NCBI GenBank assembly: GCA_035292745.1
Contig: DATDPM010000012.1
Coordinates: 1-49,546 of the forward strand
Direction of reading: 5' to 3'
DNA from: Alphaproteobacteria bacterium
GTDB lineage: Bacteria > Pseudomonadota > Alphaproteobacteria > DATDPM01
Length of the DNA: 49,546 nucleotides
In this document: piece by piece, positions 33,446-42,555 of the stretch
Numbering within the stretch: position 1 is the stretch's first letter
Layout: each line of letters starts with the position of its first letter
Position numbers and translations under genes: made by a program
The notes under the pieces: generated by a model
Databases searched by the model: none
What the model was told of the DNA's origin: nothing
What the model saw: only the letters and a program-made list of their open reading frames with translations

Positions 33446-34798
33446 GTGAATCTCAATCGCCTGCTGCGCGCGCCCGGGGCGGGGCTGTTGCTGCGCCCCT
33501 GGTACGACCGCGCGGCCATGCGGGCGCTCCGGCGATGGTACTTCCCCTTGTCGAGAGCCTGGGCGGCGGCGCTGGCCGCCGGAAAATCGCGCGAGGACTT
33601 CGCCCGCGAGGTGCCCTGCGCGCCGCCGCCGGCGGGCCTGACGGATTCGGCGCTCGCCGCGACCTTCCGCCTGAACCGCGCCTATGAACGCGCGCGGCGG
33701 GAGTGGGAGGACGCCTTCTTCGGCCCCGCGCGCGCAGCGCCGGGGCGTCTGCGCGACGCGGAATCGGCGCGCATCGCCGCCGCCCATGCGCTGATGTCGG
33801 CGCGCGCCCATTTCCTGCCCTTGCAGGCGTTCGCTAACTTTCCGCCCGTGCGCTTCGAGGTCGCCGACGGCGACACCGTGCGCCGCCACCATGGCGCGCG
33901 CCTCGCCGAGGGGCGCACCGGCTTTCCGGCGCCCGCGCCGCTTCCCGCCTTCGAGCGCTCGCGGCTCCTCGAGAACGCGGACAGTGACGCCTTCTGGCTG
34001 CGCTTCCCCTCGCCCGGACGGGTGGGCGACGTCGCCTGGGCGCGCGCCTTTCTTCCCGAAGGCGCCAAGCCGCGGGCCACCGTCGTTCTCGCCCACGGCG
34101 TAGCGATGGAAACCGAATTCTGGCGCGGCCTGGCCGCGCCCTATGAGGCGCTCTCCGCATCCGGCATCTGCACCATCGCGCCCGAGGGTCCGTTCCACGG
34201 CCGGCGCCGCCGCGACGGCCGCTACGGCGGCGAGGACGTGTTCTCGCTCGGGGTGCTCGGCCTCCTCGATTACTTCGAGGCCCATGTCGCCGAGTTGGCG
34301 GCGCTGGTCGCTTGGGCGCGCGCCGAATTCGGCGGGCCGGTCGCGCTGGTCGGGATCAGCCTCGGCGCCTTCGCCGCCCAGCTCGCGGCGGTTGCCTGCC
34401 GGGGCTGGCCGGCGGATATGCGCCCCGACGCCCTGCTCCTGGTCGCGGCCGGCGGCTCGCTGCTCGCCGCCGCCTTCGAGGGGACGCTGGCGCAGGCGCT
34501 CGGCATTCCAACGGCGCTTCGCACCGCAGGCTGGGGGCACGAGGACCTCGTAGGCTGGTTGCCGCTGCTCGAGGCGCGGGGCGCTCCGGCGTTGCCGCCC
34601 GAGCGCATCGTGGCCACGCTGGGCCGGGCCGACGACATCGCCCCCTATGCCGAGGGCCGCGCGCTCATGCGCGCCTGGGACGTGCCGGAGGAAAACGTGT
34701 TCGTGCGCGATCAGGGCCACTTCACGGCCTCGCTCGGGCTTTTTGCCGACGATGCGCCGCTGCGCCGCTTGGCCGATCTGCTGCTCGCGGCGCCGTGA
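33446..34798 (+). CDS. alpha/beta-hydrolase fold protein, function unknown
   Basis: 450-aa ORF (GTG start) with the nucleophile elbow GISLGAF (GxSxG) and a C-terminal HF... histidine context. It begins 35 nt after the rpoD stop. Confidence 0.6.
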   Translation: MNLNRLLRAPGAGLLLRPWYDRAAMRALRRWYFPLSRAWAAALAAGKSREDFAREVPCAPPPAGLTDSALAATFRLNRAYERARREWEDAFFGPARAAPGRLRDAESARIAAAHALMSARAHFLPLQAFANFPPVRFEVADGDTVRRHHGARLAEGRTGFPAPAPLPAFERSRLLENADSDAFWLRFPSPGRVGDVAWARAFLPEGAKPRATVVLAHGVAMETEFWRGLAAPYEALSASGICTIAPEGPFHGRRRRDGRYGGEDVFSLGVLGLLDYFEAHVAELAALVAWARAEFGGPVALVGISLGAFAAQLAAVACRGWPADMRPDALLLVAAGGSLLAAAFEGTLAQALGIPTALRTAGWGHEDLVGWLPLLEARGAPALPPERIVATLGRADDIAPYAEGRALMRAWDVPEENVFVRDQGHFTASLGLFADDAPLRRLADLLLAAP

Positions 34799-34849
34799 CG
34801 CGCGGAACGGGTGCTGCGCATGCGCTTCGGCTGCGCAACTTGACCCGTG

Positions 34850-34882
34850 GCCTGTGTAGGTATATACTCCTATACAGGTCTT
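34850..34882 (+). terminator. candidate intrinsic terminator after the hydrolase gene
   Basis: CCTGTGTAGG (34850-34859) pairs with CCTATACAGG (34868-34877): 10 bp with one G-U pair and an 8-nt loop. It is followed by TCTTTGG. Confidence 0.4.
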
Positions 34883-35251
34883 TGGCATCGTGAAACCCGG
34901 TGAACGCCGCGCATAACCGCACCCGCCTGGGCGCGGCTGCACAGCGCGGCTGCACGAATGCGATGATGACACCGCGGGCACGGGAGGCGAATAACGCGGC
35001 AAAAATCAGCCACAAGGCCGCATCCTGTCGCATCCCGTCGCATGGCGGCCCCGCCAGACCCGCTATTTTCCGGCCTTTGCGCGCGCGGGTGTTTACAAAT
35101 GTTGACATCCGCCGGGGAAAACCGGCGCCGCCCGCAACGCGACCTTGTCCCGAAGTCGTGAGAAGGTCCGAGCGAAGCGAGCGGGTGAGGGTAAGGCGAG
35201 GGCCGCGGCGCTGTTGCGTCGCGCCGGCTGACGTTATGCTTGGCCGAGGTG

Positions 35252-35328
35252 GGGCCCGTAGCTCAACTGGTTAGAGCCGGCCGCTCATAACGGTCTGGTT
35301 GGAGGTTCGAATCCTCCCGGGCCCACCA
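35252..35328 (+). tRNA. tRNA with CAT anticodon, elongator type (Met, or Ile2 if lysidine-modified)
   Basis: Hand-folded cloverleaf: acceptor GGGCCCG/CGGGCCC, D arm GCTC-AACTGGTTA-GAGC, anticodon arm GGCCG-CTCATAA-CGGTC, T arm GGAGG-TTCGAAT-CCTCC, encoded ACCA. The 1-72 G-C pair and the lack of three G-C pairs at the anticodon loop argue against an initiator. The C4-G69/C5-G68 pairs resemble E. coli tRNA-Ile2. Confidence 0.9.
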
Positions 35329-35456
35329 AGCGGGTGGCGTTGAGTTGGAGTTTCACCCAAGAGACACACAAGTAAGTATTTGGTGTTTATGCGATTGTCG
35401 CATCGCTCTTGACATGTGTGCCAATTGGGCGTACATGACCAAGTCAGTGTTGTTAC

Positions 35457-35503
35457 CCACGTAGCGGTTATGCGGGCCGAAGGCCCGCATAACCGCTACG
35501 TGG
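35457..35503. repeat. perfect 22-bp-arm inverted repeat (hairpin, 3-nt loop)
   Basis: CCACGTAGCGGTTATGCGGGCC-GAA-GGCCCGCATAACCGCTACGTGG. It lies between a TTGACA hexamer (35409-35414) and the tacA-like start at 35536. Confidence 0.9.
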
Positions 35504-35535
35504 CCGACAGGCCAACGAAATGTTCGGGCAAGATC

Positions 35536-35832
35536 ATGACGGCGCTTCCAGCAAACGACACGCGCGCGCGTAAAGATGAGCGCGTGGCGGTACGGGTCCC
35601 GGCGGATGTCAAGCAGACGCTGGAACGAGCGGCGTCATGCTCCGGCCGCAGCCTGTCCGACTTCGTGGTCGAGAGTGCGTTGCGCGCCGCTCAGCAAACG
35701 CTCGAAGCGAGTCTGAAGATGCAATTGGCCGAGAAGGACCGTCAGGTGTTTCTGGCAGCTCTCGTCACTCCGCCGATGCCGAACGCTGCATTGATGGCGG
35801 CTGCGAAACGATACGATCGCGCCAATAAATAG
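35536..35832 (+). CDS. DUF1778-family (TacA-like, ribbon-helix-helix) antitoxin
   Basis: MTALPANDTRARKDERVAVRVPADVKQTLERAASCSGRSLSDFVVESALRAAQQTLEA has the pattern of DUF1778 antitoxins paired with GNAT toxins. The track start at 35416 reads through the hairpin and is unlikely. Confidence 0.8.
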   Translation: MTALPANDTRARKDERVAVRVPADVKQTLERAASCSGRSLSDFVVESALRAAQQTLEASLKMQLAEKDRQVFLAALVTPPMPNAALMAAAKRYDRANK

Positions 35833-35844
35833 CGGAACGAGACG

Positions 35845-36339
35845 GTGCCCGTCTCAATCCGGCCGCTCGGGAAGAAGCATGATCGGGCGGCTTTTTCGTG
35901 CGGTGTCGAGGCGCTCGACAAATACCTCCGCGTGCAGGCCGGACAAGACCAGCGGAAAGGCCTCGCGAGGGTATTCGTCGCGGAGGCGCAAGAACGAGGA
36001 ACCGTTGCGGGATTTTATACGTTGAGCACGATTAGCGTCGACGTTGGTGCACTGCCCGCCGAGCTTTCAGAACGGATTCCGTATTCGGACGTTCCGGCTG
36101 CATTGATAGGCCGTCTCGCCGTCGATCGGCGTTACCAAGGACAGAGGCTCGGCGAGCACTTGCTCATTGATGCCCTAAAACGCATCGTAGACATCAGCCA
36201 AACCATGGCGATCCTTGCAGTCGTCGTGGACGCGAAAGAGGGTGCGGTTTCTTTCTATCGGAAATATGGCTTCATCCCATTTCCGAATCGGCCCGATCGC
36301 CTGTTTCTGCCGGTAGCTACGGCCCGGAAATTATTTTAG
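35845..36339 (+). CDS. GNAT-family N-acetyltransferase toxin (TacT/AtaT-like)
   Basis: 164-aa ORF. KKHDRAAFSCGVEALDKYL, LIGRLAVDRRYQGQRLGEHLL (acetyl-CoA motif A) and SFYRKYGFIPF. It lies 12 nt downstream of the DUF1778 gene. Confidence 0.8.
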   Translation: MPVSIRPLGKKHDRAAFSCGVEALDKYLRVQAGQDQRKGLARVFVAEAQERGTVAGFYTLSTISVDVGALPAELSERIPYSDVPAALIGRLAVDRRYQGQRLGEHLLIDALKRIVDISQTMAILAVVVDAKEGAVSFYRKYGFIPFPNRPDRLFLPVATARKLF

Positions 36340-36363
36340 GGGCGCGCGTCGCGGCGACGGCCG

Positions 36364-36388
36364 GAGCCGGCCGCTCATGACGGTGTGG
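36364..36388 (+). repeat. partial degenerate copy of the tRNA(CAT) D-stem/anticodon arm
   Basis: GAGCCGGCCGCTCATgACGGTgTGG versus tRNA positions 35274-35298 GAGCCGGCCGCTCATaACGGTcTGG: 23/25 identical, including a 15-nt exact run. Confidence 0.7.
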
Positions 36389-36430
36389 AACGGCGATGCC
36401 TGCAACGTCGATTATGTCGATTACCATTAG
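36386..36430 (+). pseudogene. higB: 3'-terminal remnant of a higB (plasmid-maintenance killer family) toxin gene
   Basis: Encodes WNGDACNVDYVDYH*, matching the conserved HigB C-terminus (...NGDA....Y.DYH). Only 38 codons are open upstream (stop at 36314-36316) and they lack HigB character. The stop overlaps the AGGAG of the following higA, as in intact higBA operons. Confidence 0.65.
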
Positions 36431-36436
36431 GAGACC

Positions 36437-36727
36437 ATGATGATGATGAAGAATCCGCCGCACCCCGGCCGGATCGTAAGGCAAGACTGCATTGAGCCTT
36501 TGGGGCTGACGGTGACCGAAGGGGCGGAGATTCTCGGCGTAACCCGCCAGGCGTTGAACAACCTCGTCAACGGGCGGGGCGGGATTTCTCCCGAGATGGC
36601 GGTGCGGCTATCCAAGGCTTTCGGCGGCGGCCCCGAAATATGGCTTGGAATGCAGATGCAGTACGACCTGGCCCAGGTCCGCAAGAAGGCCGCGCAAATC
36701 AAAGTGCGGCGCTACCGCGCCGCCTGA
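36437..36727 (+). CDS. higA: HigA-family antitoxin (XRE HTH, addiction module antidote protein)
   Basis: MMMMKNPPHPGRIVRQDCIEPLGLTVTEGAEILGVTRQALNNLVNGRGGISPEMAVRLSKAFGGGPEIWLGMQMQYDL is the canonical HigA/VapI pattern. Confidence 0.85.
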   Translation: MMMMKNPPHPGRIVRQDCIEPLGLTVTEGAEILGVTRQALNNLVNGRGGISPEMAVRLSKAFGGGPEIWLGMQMQYDLAQVRKKAAQIKVRRYRAA

Positions 36728-36843
36728 TGGCGCCGTTGCCGCAGGCTTTCCCGCCGCGGCGCATTGCGCGCCACGCGCCGCAAGGCTAGAACAACCCGCT
36801 TTTCATTTATCGTCCGGTTTCAGCAGAAGGATTTCCGCAACAT

Positions 36844-38526
<1,683 letters not shown>

Positions 38527-38552
38527 CGGAGTCGGGGCGGGGGATGGCGCGC

Positions 38553-38584
38553 GCCGAAAAGCAAAGCGGCGGGAAGTCCGCCGC
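38553..38584 (-). terminator. intrinsic terminator downstream of the mlaC-like gene
   Basis: Stem GCGGCGG/CCGCCGC (38566-38572 and 38578-38584), loop of 5 nt. On the minus strand it is followed by TTTGCTTTTCGG. Confidence 0.55.
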
Positions 38585-38615
38585 TGTCACGTCGAGAAAA
38601 CCGGGAAAAGAAACG

Positions 38616-39242
38616 TCAGCCGTTTCCGGCGGTACGCAGCGACGCGGTCTTTTGGCGCAAGGCGTCGATCAGCCCCGCCACTTTGCCGTCGTGCTGCAGG
38701 ACCTCGTTCGCGAACTGATCGCGATAGGTGGTGATCATGCTCACCCCCTCGATCTTGATGTCGCGAATCTTGAACTTGCCGTCCATCGGCGCCACCACCC
38801 ATTCGAGCTTGGTGGTCGGTCCGTCCGGGCGCACCACCGCGGAATAGACGCTGACGGCGTTGTCGGGGCCGACGCGGGACGACTGGGCCTCGAACGATTC
38901 GCCCGAATACTGGCGGAACTGGGACGCGTAGATCTCGACGATGTAATCCTCGAACAGCGCGATGTATTGGGTCCGCTCGTCCTCGGTTGCGCGCGGCCAG
39001 AAACGGCCCAAGGCGCTGCGGGCGATGAAGGGGATGTCGAATCCCTCTTCGAACAGGGTCCGGAAGCGCGCGGTCAGCTCGTGGTCGGAAAGATCCGGAC
39101 CGGTGAGGGCGCCGATGGCGCGGTGGCCGAAGTCGTCGATGAAAGCGGTCGCGTCCTGGGCCGGATCCGCATGGGCGGTCTGCACGGCGGCAAAGCCGAC
39201 GATCGCGATGACGACCGGAATCAAGAAGCGTCGTGACAACAT
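38616..39242 (-). CDS. mlaC: MlaC/Ttg2D-family periplasmic lipid-binding protein
   Basis: 208-aa ORF with a signal peptide (..AAVQTAHA/DP). FIARSALGRFWPRATEDERTQYIALFEDYIVEIYASQF matches the toluene-tolerance Ttg2D pattern. It follows the VacJ gene by 14 nt. Confidence 0.75.
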   Translation of the reverse strand: MLSRRFLIPVVIAIVGFAAVQTAHADPAQDATAFIDDFGHRAIGALTGPDLSDHELTARFRTLFEEGFDIPFIARSALGRFWPRATEDERTQYIALFEDYIVEIYASQFRQYSGESFEAQSSRVGPDNAVSVYSAVVRPDGPTTKLEWVVAPMDGKFKIRDIKIEGVSMITTYRDQFANEVLQHDGKVAGLIDALRQKTASLRTAGNG

Positions 39243-39256
39243 GGCTCCAGCTTCGG

Positions 39257-40096
39257 TTACTGCGCGGCCTTTTCCGATAGCGACTCGGACGAGGCCGGCA
39301 TTGCCACCGGCGTTTCGCCTTTGCCGTTCTCGCTCATGATGCTGCCGCCGGGCGTACCGGGCTTGGGCTCGCCGTTGTTGATCTCGTCGATCCGGCGCTG
39401 CCGGAAAAGGCTTCGGATCGTCGCATAGAAGTCCAGCGACGTGCGCTCGATCTCGTCGAGGGTATCCAGCACGTCGGCGCGCCGGTCGATGCCGTCGATG
39501 GCGGCGCGGACGTAGGTGAGATAGCCGCGGCCGGTGTTATCCAGATACCAATTGAGCGGGTCGATGAAGCCGTCCACCACCAAGCCGACCGTATCGCGCG
39601 GGTTCGACGGCCCCAGGATGGGCAGCACCAGATACGGGCCTTCGTCGACGCCCCAGACCGCGAGCGTCTGGCCGAAGTCCTCGTCGTGATAGGGAAGCCC
39701 GAGGCCGGAAGCGACATCGAACAGCCCGCCGATGCCGATCGTGGTGTTGAACACGGCGCGGCCCAACGTCGTGCCGGCGCGCTGGATCTCAAGCTGCATC
39801 AAATCGTTCGCCAGCACCACCGGCGAGCGCAGGTTGTTCAGGAAGCTGCGCACGCTTTTGCGGCCCTTGGCCGGGACGATATAGACGTAGCCCTGAGCGA
39901 GCGGCTTGATGAGATAGGTATCCGCCGCCTTGTTGAAGGCGAAGATTTCCCGGTTCATCGGCTCGAGCGGATCGTTCGCCTCGTTATAGGCGGCGAGTGC
40001 GTCCGGATCGGTGGGGGGCGTGGCGCAGCCCTGGAACAGCAATGTGAGGCCCGCCAGCAGGGCCACGCGCACAGGAAGAAGTCGCAATCTGTTCAT
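39257..40096 (-). CDS. mlaA: MlaA/VacJ-family outer-membrane lipoprotein
   Basis: Lipobox LLFQGC, and DPLEPMNREIFAFNKAADTYLIKPLAQGYVYIVPAKGRKSVRSFLNNLRSP is the VacJ core. Confidence 0.88.
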   Translation of the reverse strand: MNRLRLLPVRVALLAGLTLLFQGCATPPTDPDALAAYNEANDPLEPMNREIFAFNKAADTYLIKPLAQGYVYIVPAKGRKSVRSFLNNLRSPVVLANDLMQLEIQRAGTTLGRAVFNTTIGIGGLFDVASGLGLPYHDEDFGQTLAVWGVDEGPYLVLPILGPSNPRDTVGLVVDGFIDPLNWYLDNTGRGYLTYVRAAIDGIDRRADVLDTLDEIERTSLDFYATIRSLFRQRRIDEINNGEPKPGTPGGSIMSENGKGETPVAMPASSESLSEKAAQ

Positions 40097-40526
40097 GTGA
40101 GTTTCTTGATTTATCAGTTTCGGCGAATACCGTGAGTGTGGATCGCAGGCAACGATCTATGGTCGCCCGGCCCCCGCATTAACAATTCTCGCCGACTTGC
40201 GTAAAGCTTCCCTTAATTCGCGCGATTTCATGAAATGGTCCCCCTCAGAACGGGCCTTTGGCCCGGATGGCCTGTTTCTCGGTAACTCCTTGCGCTTCCC
40301 CTGACTTTCCGCGCATGACGGCCCGCGAAACAGGCTCTTGTCACGACATCCCCGACAGATTGCCCGCTGCATTAACCAATTTCCATGAAGTATCACAACA
40401 TTCATGCGAACACTAGCAGGCAGCGAACAATACTGTGTGGTTCATGCCGCGAAGGTTGCAAAACCGCCACAGTAATCTCAAAACCAAAAATCACTGGCCA
40501 AACATGCTCGGGTTATGCTTTGTTTA

Positions 40527-40542
40527 ATAAACATATGTTTAT
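40527..40542. promoter_or_regulatory. 16-bp perfect palindrome ATAAACATATGTTTAT, candidate operator of the adjacent ArsR/SahR-like regulator
   Basis: Located 50 nt upstream of the ATG at 40592, in an AT-rich stretch of an otherwise GC-rich genome. ArsR/SmtB regulators bind AT-rich dyads overlapping their own promoters. Confidence 0.45.
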
Positions 40543-40591
40543 GTTGTGATGCTATTCGGCGTTTTTCCCGGTGGCAAGAGCTGATTGAATC

Positions 40592-41611
40592 ATGAGAACC
40601 GAGACGATTCTCGCGGGCCTGCGCGCCGCGGCCGAGCCGACGAGGCTGCGGCTCATCGCGCTGTGCGCCGAGGCCGAACTCACCGTGCGCGAGCTGACCC
40701 AGATTCTGGGCCAGAGCCAGCCGCGGGTATCGCGGCATCTCAAAGTTCTATGCGATGCCGGTTTGCTCGACCGGTCGCCCGAGGGCACGTCGGTCTATTT
40801 CCGTTTGGCGCGGACCGGCGAAGGCGCGGAGCTGGCGCGCGCACTGACCGCGATTTTATTCGGCGACATGCGGTCCGGAGCCCAGCCGGCGTCGCTCGAT
40901 TTCGAACGGCTGGAGACGGTGAAACGGGCCCGCGCGCAGACCGCGGCCGCCTATTTCCAAGCCAACGCGGCGCGCTGGGACCAGATCCGCTCGCTCCACG
41001 TGGACGAAGCCGAGGTCGAGCGCGCGCTCCTCCAGCATCTCGGCGCGGAGCCGATCGGCGAGCTGCTGGACATCGGCACCGGAACCGGGCGGATTCTCGA
41101 AATTCTGGGGTCCCGCGCCGGCAACGCGATCGGCGTCGATCTGTCGCGGGAAATGCTGAAGCTGGCGCGCAGCCGGATCGAACGCGCGGGGCTGCGGAAT
41201 TGCGGCGTGAAACAGGGTGACATGTACCAGTTGCCGTGGCCCGAGCCCTCGTTCGACGCCATCACCATCCATCAGGTTCTGCATTATGCGGAACGGCCGG
41301 CCGCGGTGATCGCCGAGGCGGCCCGGGTGCTGCGCCCCGGCGGGCGGCTCGCGGTCGTGGACTTCGCGCCGCATGAGCTGGCGAAGCTGCGGGAGGAGCA
41401 CGCCCATCGCCATCTGGGCTTTGCCGATGCGGAGATCGCCCGCTGGTGCCGGCAGGCCGGAATCGAGCCGCTGGAAATCGTCCATCTGCCGGGCAAGCCG
41501 CTGACGGTGACGCTTTGGCTCGGGCGCCGGCCGAAAGAGGCGGCACAGGCAACGCGCGCCGAAGCGGCGCGCAAATTCGGTTCGCCGGCGGAACGGAGGA
41601 TCGAGGCATGA
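40592..41611 (+). CDS. sahR: ArsR-family HTH fused to a SAM-dependent methyltransferase-like domain (SahR-like regulator of the methionine/SAM cycle)
   Basis: N-terminal ArsR HTH (EPTRLRLIALCAEAELTVRELTQILGQSQPRVSRHLKVL) and a C-terminal class I methyltransferase fold (LLDIGTGTGRIL). It is translationally coupled (ATGA overlap) to metF-metH. Confidence 0.75.
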   Translation: MRTETILAGLRAAAEPTRLRLIALCAEAELTVRELTQILGQSQPRVSRHLKVLCDAGLLDRSPEGTSVYFRLARTGEGAELARALTAILFGDMRSGAQPASLDFERLETVKRARAQTAAAYFQANAARWDQIRSLHVDEAEVERALLQHLGAEPIGELLDIGTGTGRILEILGSRAGNAIGVDLSREMLKLARSRIERAGLRNCGVKQGDMYQLPWPEPSFDAITIHQVLHYAERPAAVIAEAARVLRPGGRLAVVDFAPHELAKLREEHAHRHLGFADAEIARWCRQAGIEPLEIVHLPGKPLTVTLWLGRRPKEAAQATRAEAARKFGSPAERRIEA

Positions 41612-42555
41612 TGGCGGGTGACATCGGCATCCGGCAGGGCCCCATCCCCCCGTTCCTGCCCAACGCGCAGGGGCTTCAGGTTTCCTTCGAGTTCTTCCCG
41701 CCCAAGACCGAGGAAATGGAGAAGACCCTGTGGTCGGCGTTGAAGCGGCTCGAGCCTCTCGGCCCGCGCTTCGTCTCGGTCACCTATGGCGCGGGCGGCA
41801 CCACCCGGGAAAGAACGCACGCGACCGTGTTGCGGATACTGAAAGAGACCTCGCTGACGCCGGCGGCGCATCTCACCTGCATCGGCGCGCCGCGCAGCGA
41901 GATCGACGACATCGCCCGGCTCTATTGGCGGGAAGGCGTCCGGCATATCGTCGCGCTGCGCGGGGACCCGCCCGACCGCGGCGCGACCTATGTGCCCTAT
42001 CCCGGCGGCTACGCCTACGCCAGCGATCTGGTTGCCGGGTTGAAGAAGATCGGCGATTTCGAGATTTCGGTCGCCTGCTATCCCGAGGTCCATCCCGAGG
42101 CGATCTCGGCCAAGGCCGATCTCGAAAACCTGAAGCGCAAGATCGACGCCGGCGCCAGCCGCGCCATCACCCAGTTCTTTTTCGACGTGGACGTGTTCCA
42201 CCGCTTCGTGGACCGGGCCCGCGCCGCCGGCATCAGCGTTCCGATCGTGCCGGGGATCCTGCCCGTCACCAATTTCGCCCGCGTGGCCGAATTCGCCAAG
42301 GCTTGCGGGACGCGCATCGCGCCCTGGGTCGCCAAGCTGTTCGAGGGATTGGATGAGGACGCCGAAACCCGCAAGCTGGTGGCGGCCACGGTTGCGGCGG
42401 AGCAATGCCGGATGCTGCAGGCAAGCGGCATCCGCGAATTCCACTTCTACACCCTGAACCGGGCCGACCTTACCTACGCCATCTGCCATATCCTGGGCCT
42501 GCGCCCGAAGGCGGCGGCGGCGGCGCAACCGGCGGCGCGCGCGGAAATCCGGTAA
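41608..42555 (+). CDS. metF: methylenetetrahydrofolate reductase
   Basis: VSFEFFPPKTEEMEKTLW..FVSVTYGAGGTTRERT..ITQFFFD. The start ATG at 41608 follows GGAGGA. The track start at 41446 lies inside sahR. Confidence 0.92.
   Translation: MMAGDIGIRQGPIPPFLPNAQGLQVSFEFFPPKTEEMEKTLWSALKRLEPLGPRFVSVTYGAGGTTRERTHATVLRILKETSLTPAAHLTCIGAPRSEIDDIARLYWREGVRHIVALRGDPPDRGATYVPYPGGYAYASDLVAGLKKIGDFEISVACYPEVHPEAISAKADLENLKRKIDAGASRAITQFFFDVDVFHRFVDRARAAGISVPIVPGILPVTNFARVAEFAKACGTRIAPWVAKLFEGLDEDAETRKLVAATVAAEQCRMLQASGIREFHFYTLNRADLTYAICHILGLRPKAAAAAQPAARAEIR

Noticed and set aside
38616-39242. Calling the MlaC-like gene hpnM (a hopanoid-associated Ttg2D-family protein)
   Set aside because: It is 29 kb from the hpn genes and directly coupled to mlaA/vacJ. 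The generic MlaC assignment is better supported by context.
40157-40405. 82-aa minus-strand ORF in the mlaA-sahR spacer
   Set aside because: It has low third-position GC, no ribosome-binding site and no recognisable motif. I treat it as non-coding spacer.
40097-40591. Possible cobalamin or SAM riboswitch upstream of the sahR-metF-metH operon
   Set aside because: I could not find the B12 box or the AGGGAA / GGTG..AATCC core of cobalamin riboswitches, nor a SAM-II-like pseudoknot core. B12-dependent metH is not normally riboswitch-repressed, and a protein regulator (SahR-like) is encoded instead. An Infernal scan would be decisive.
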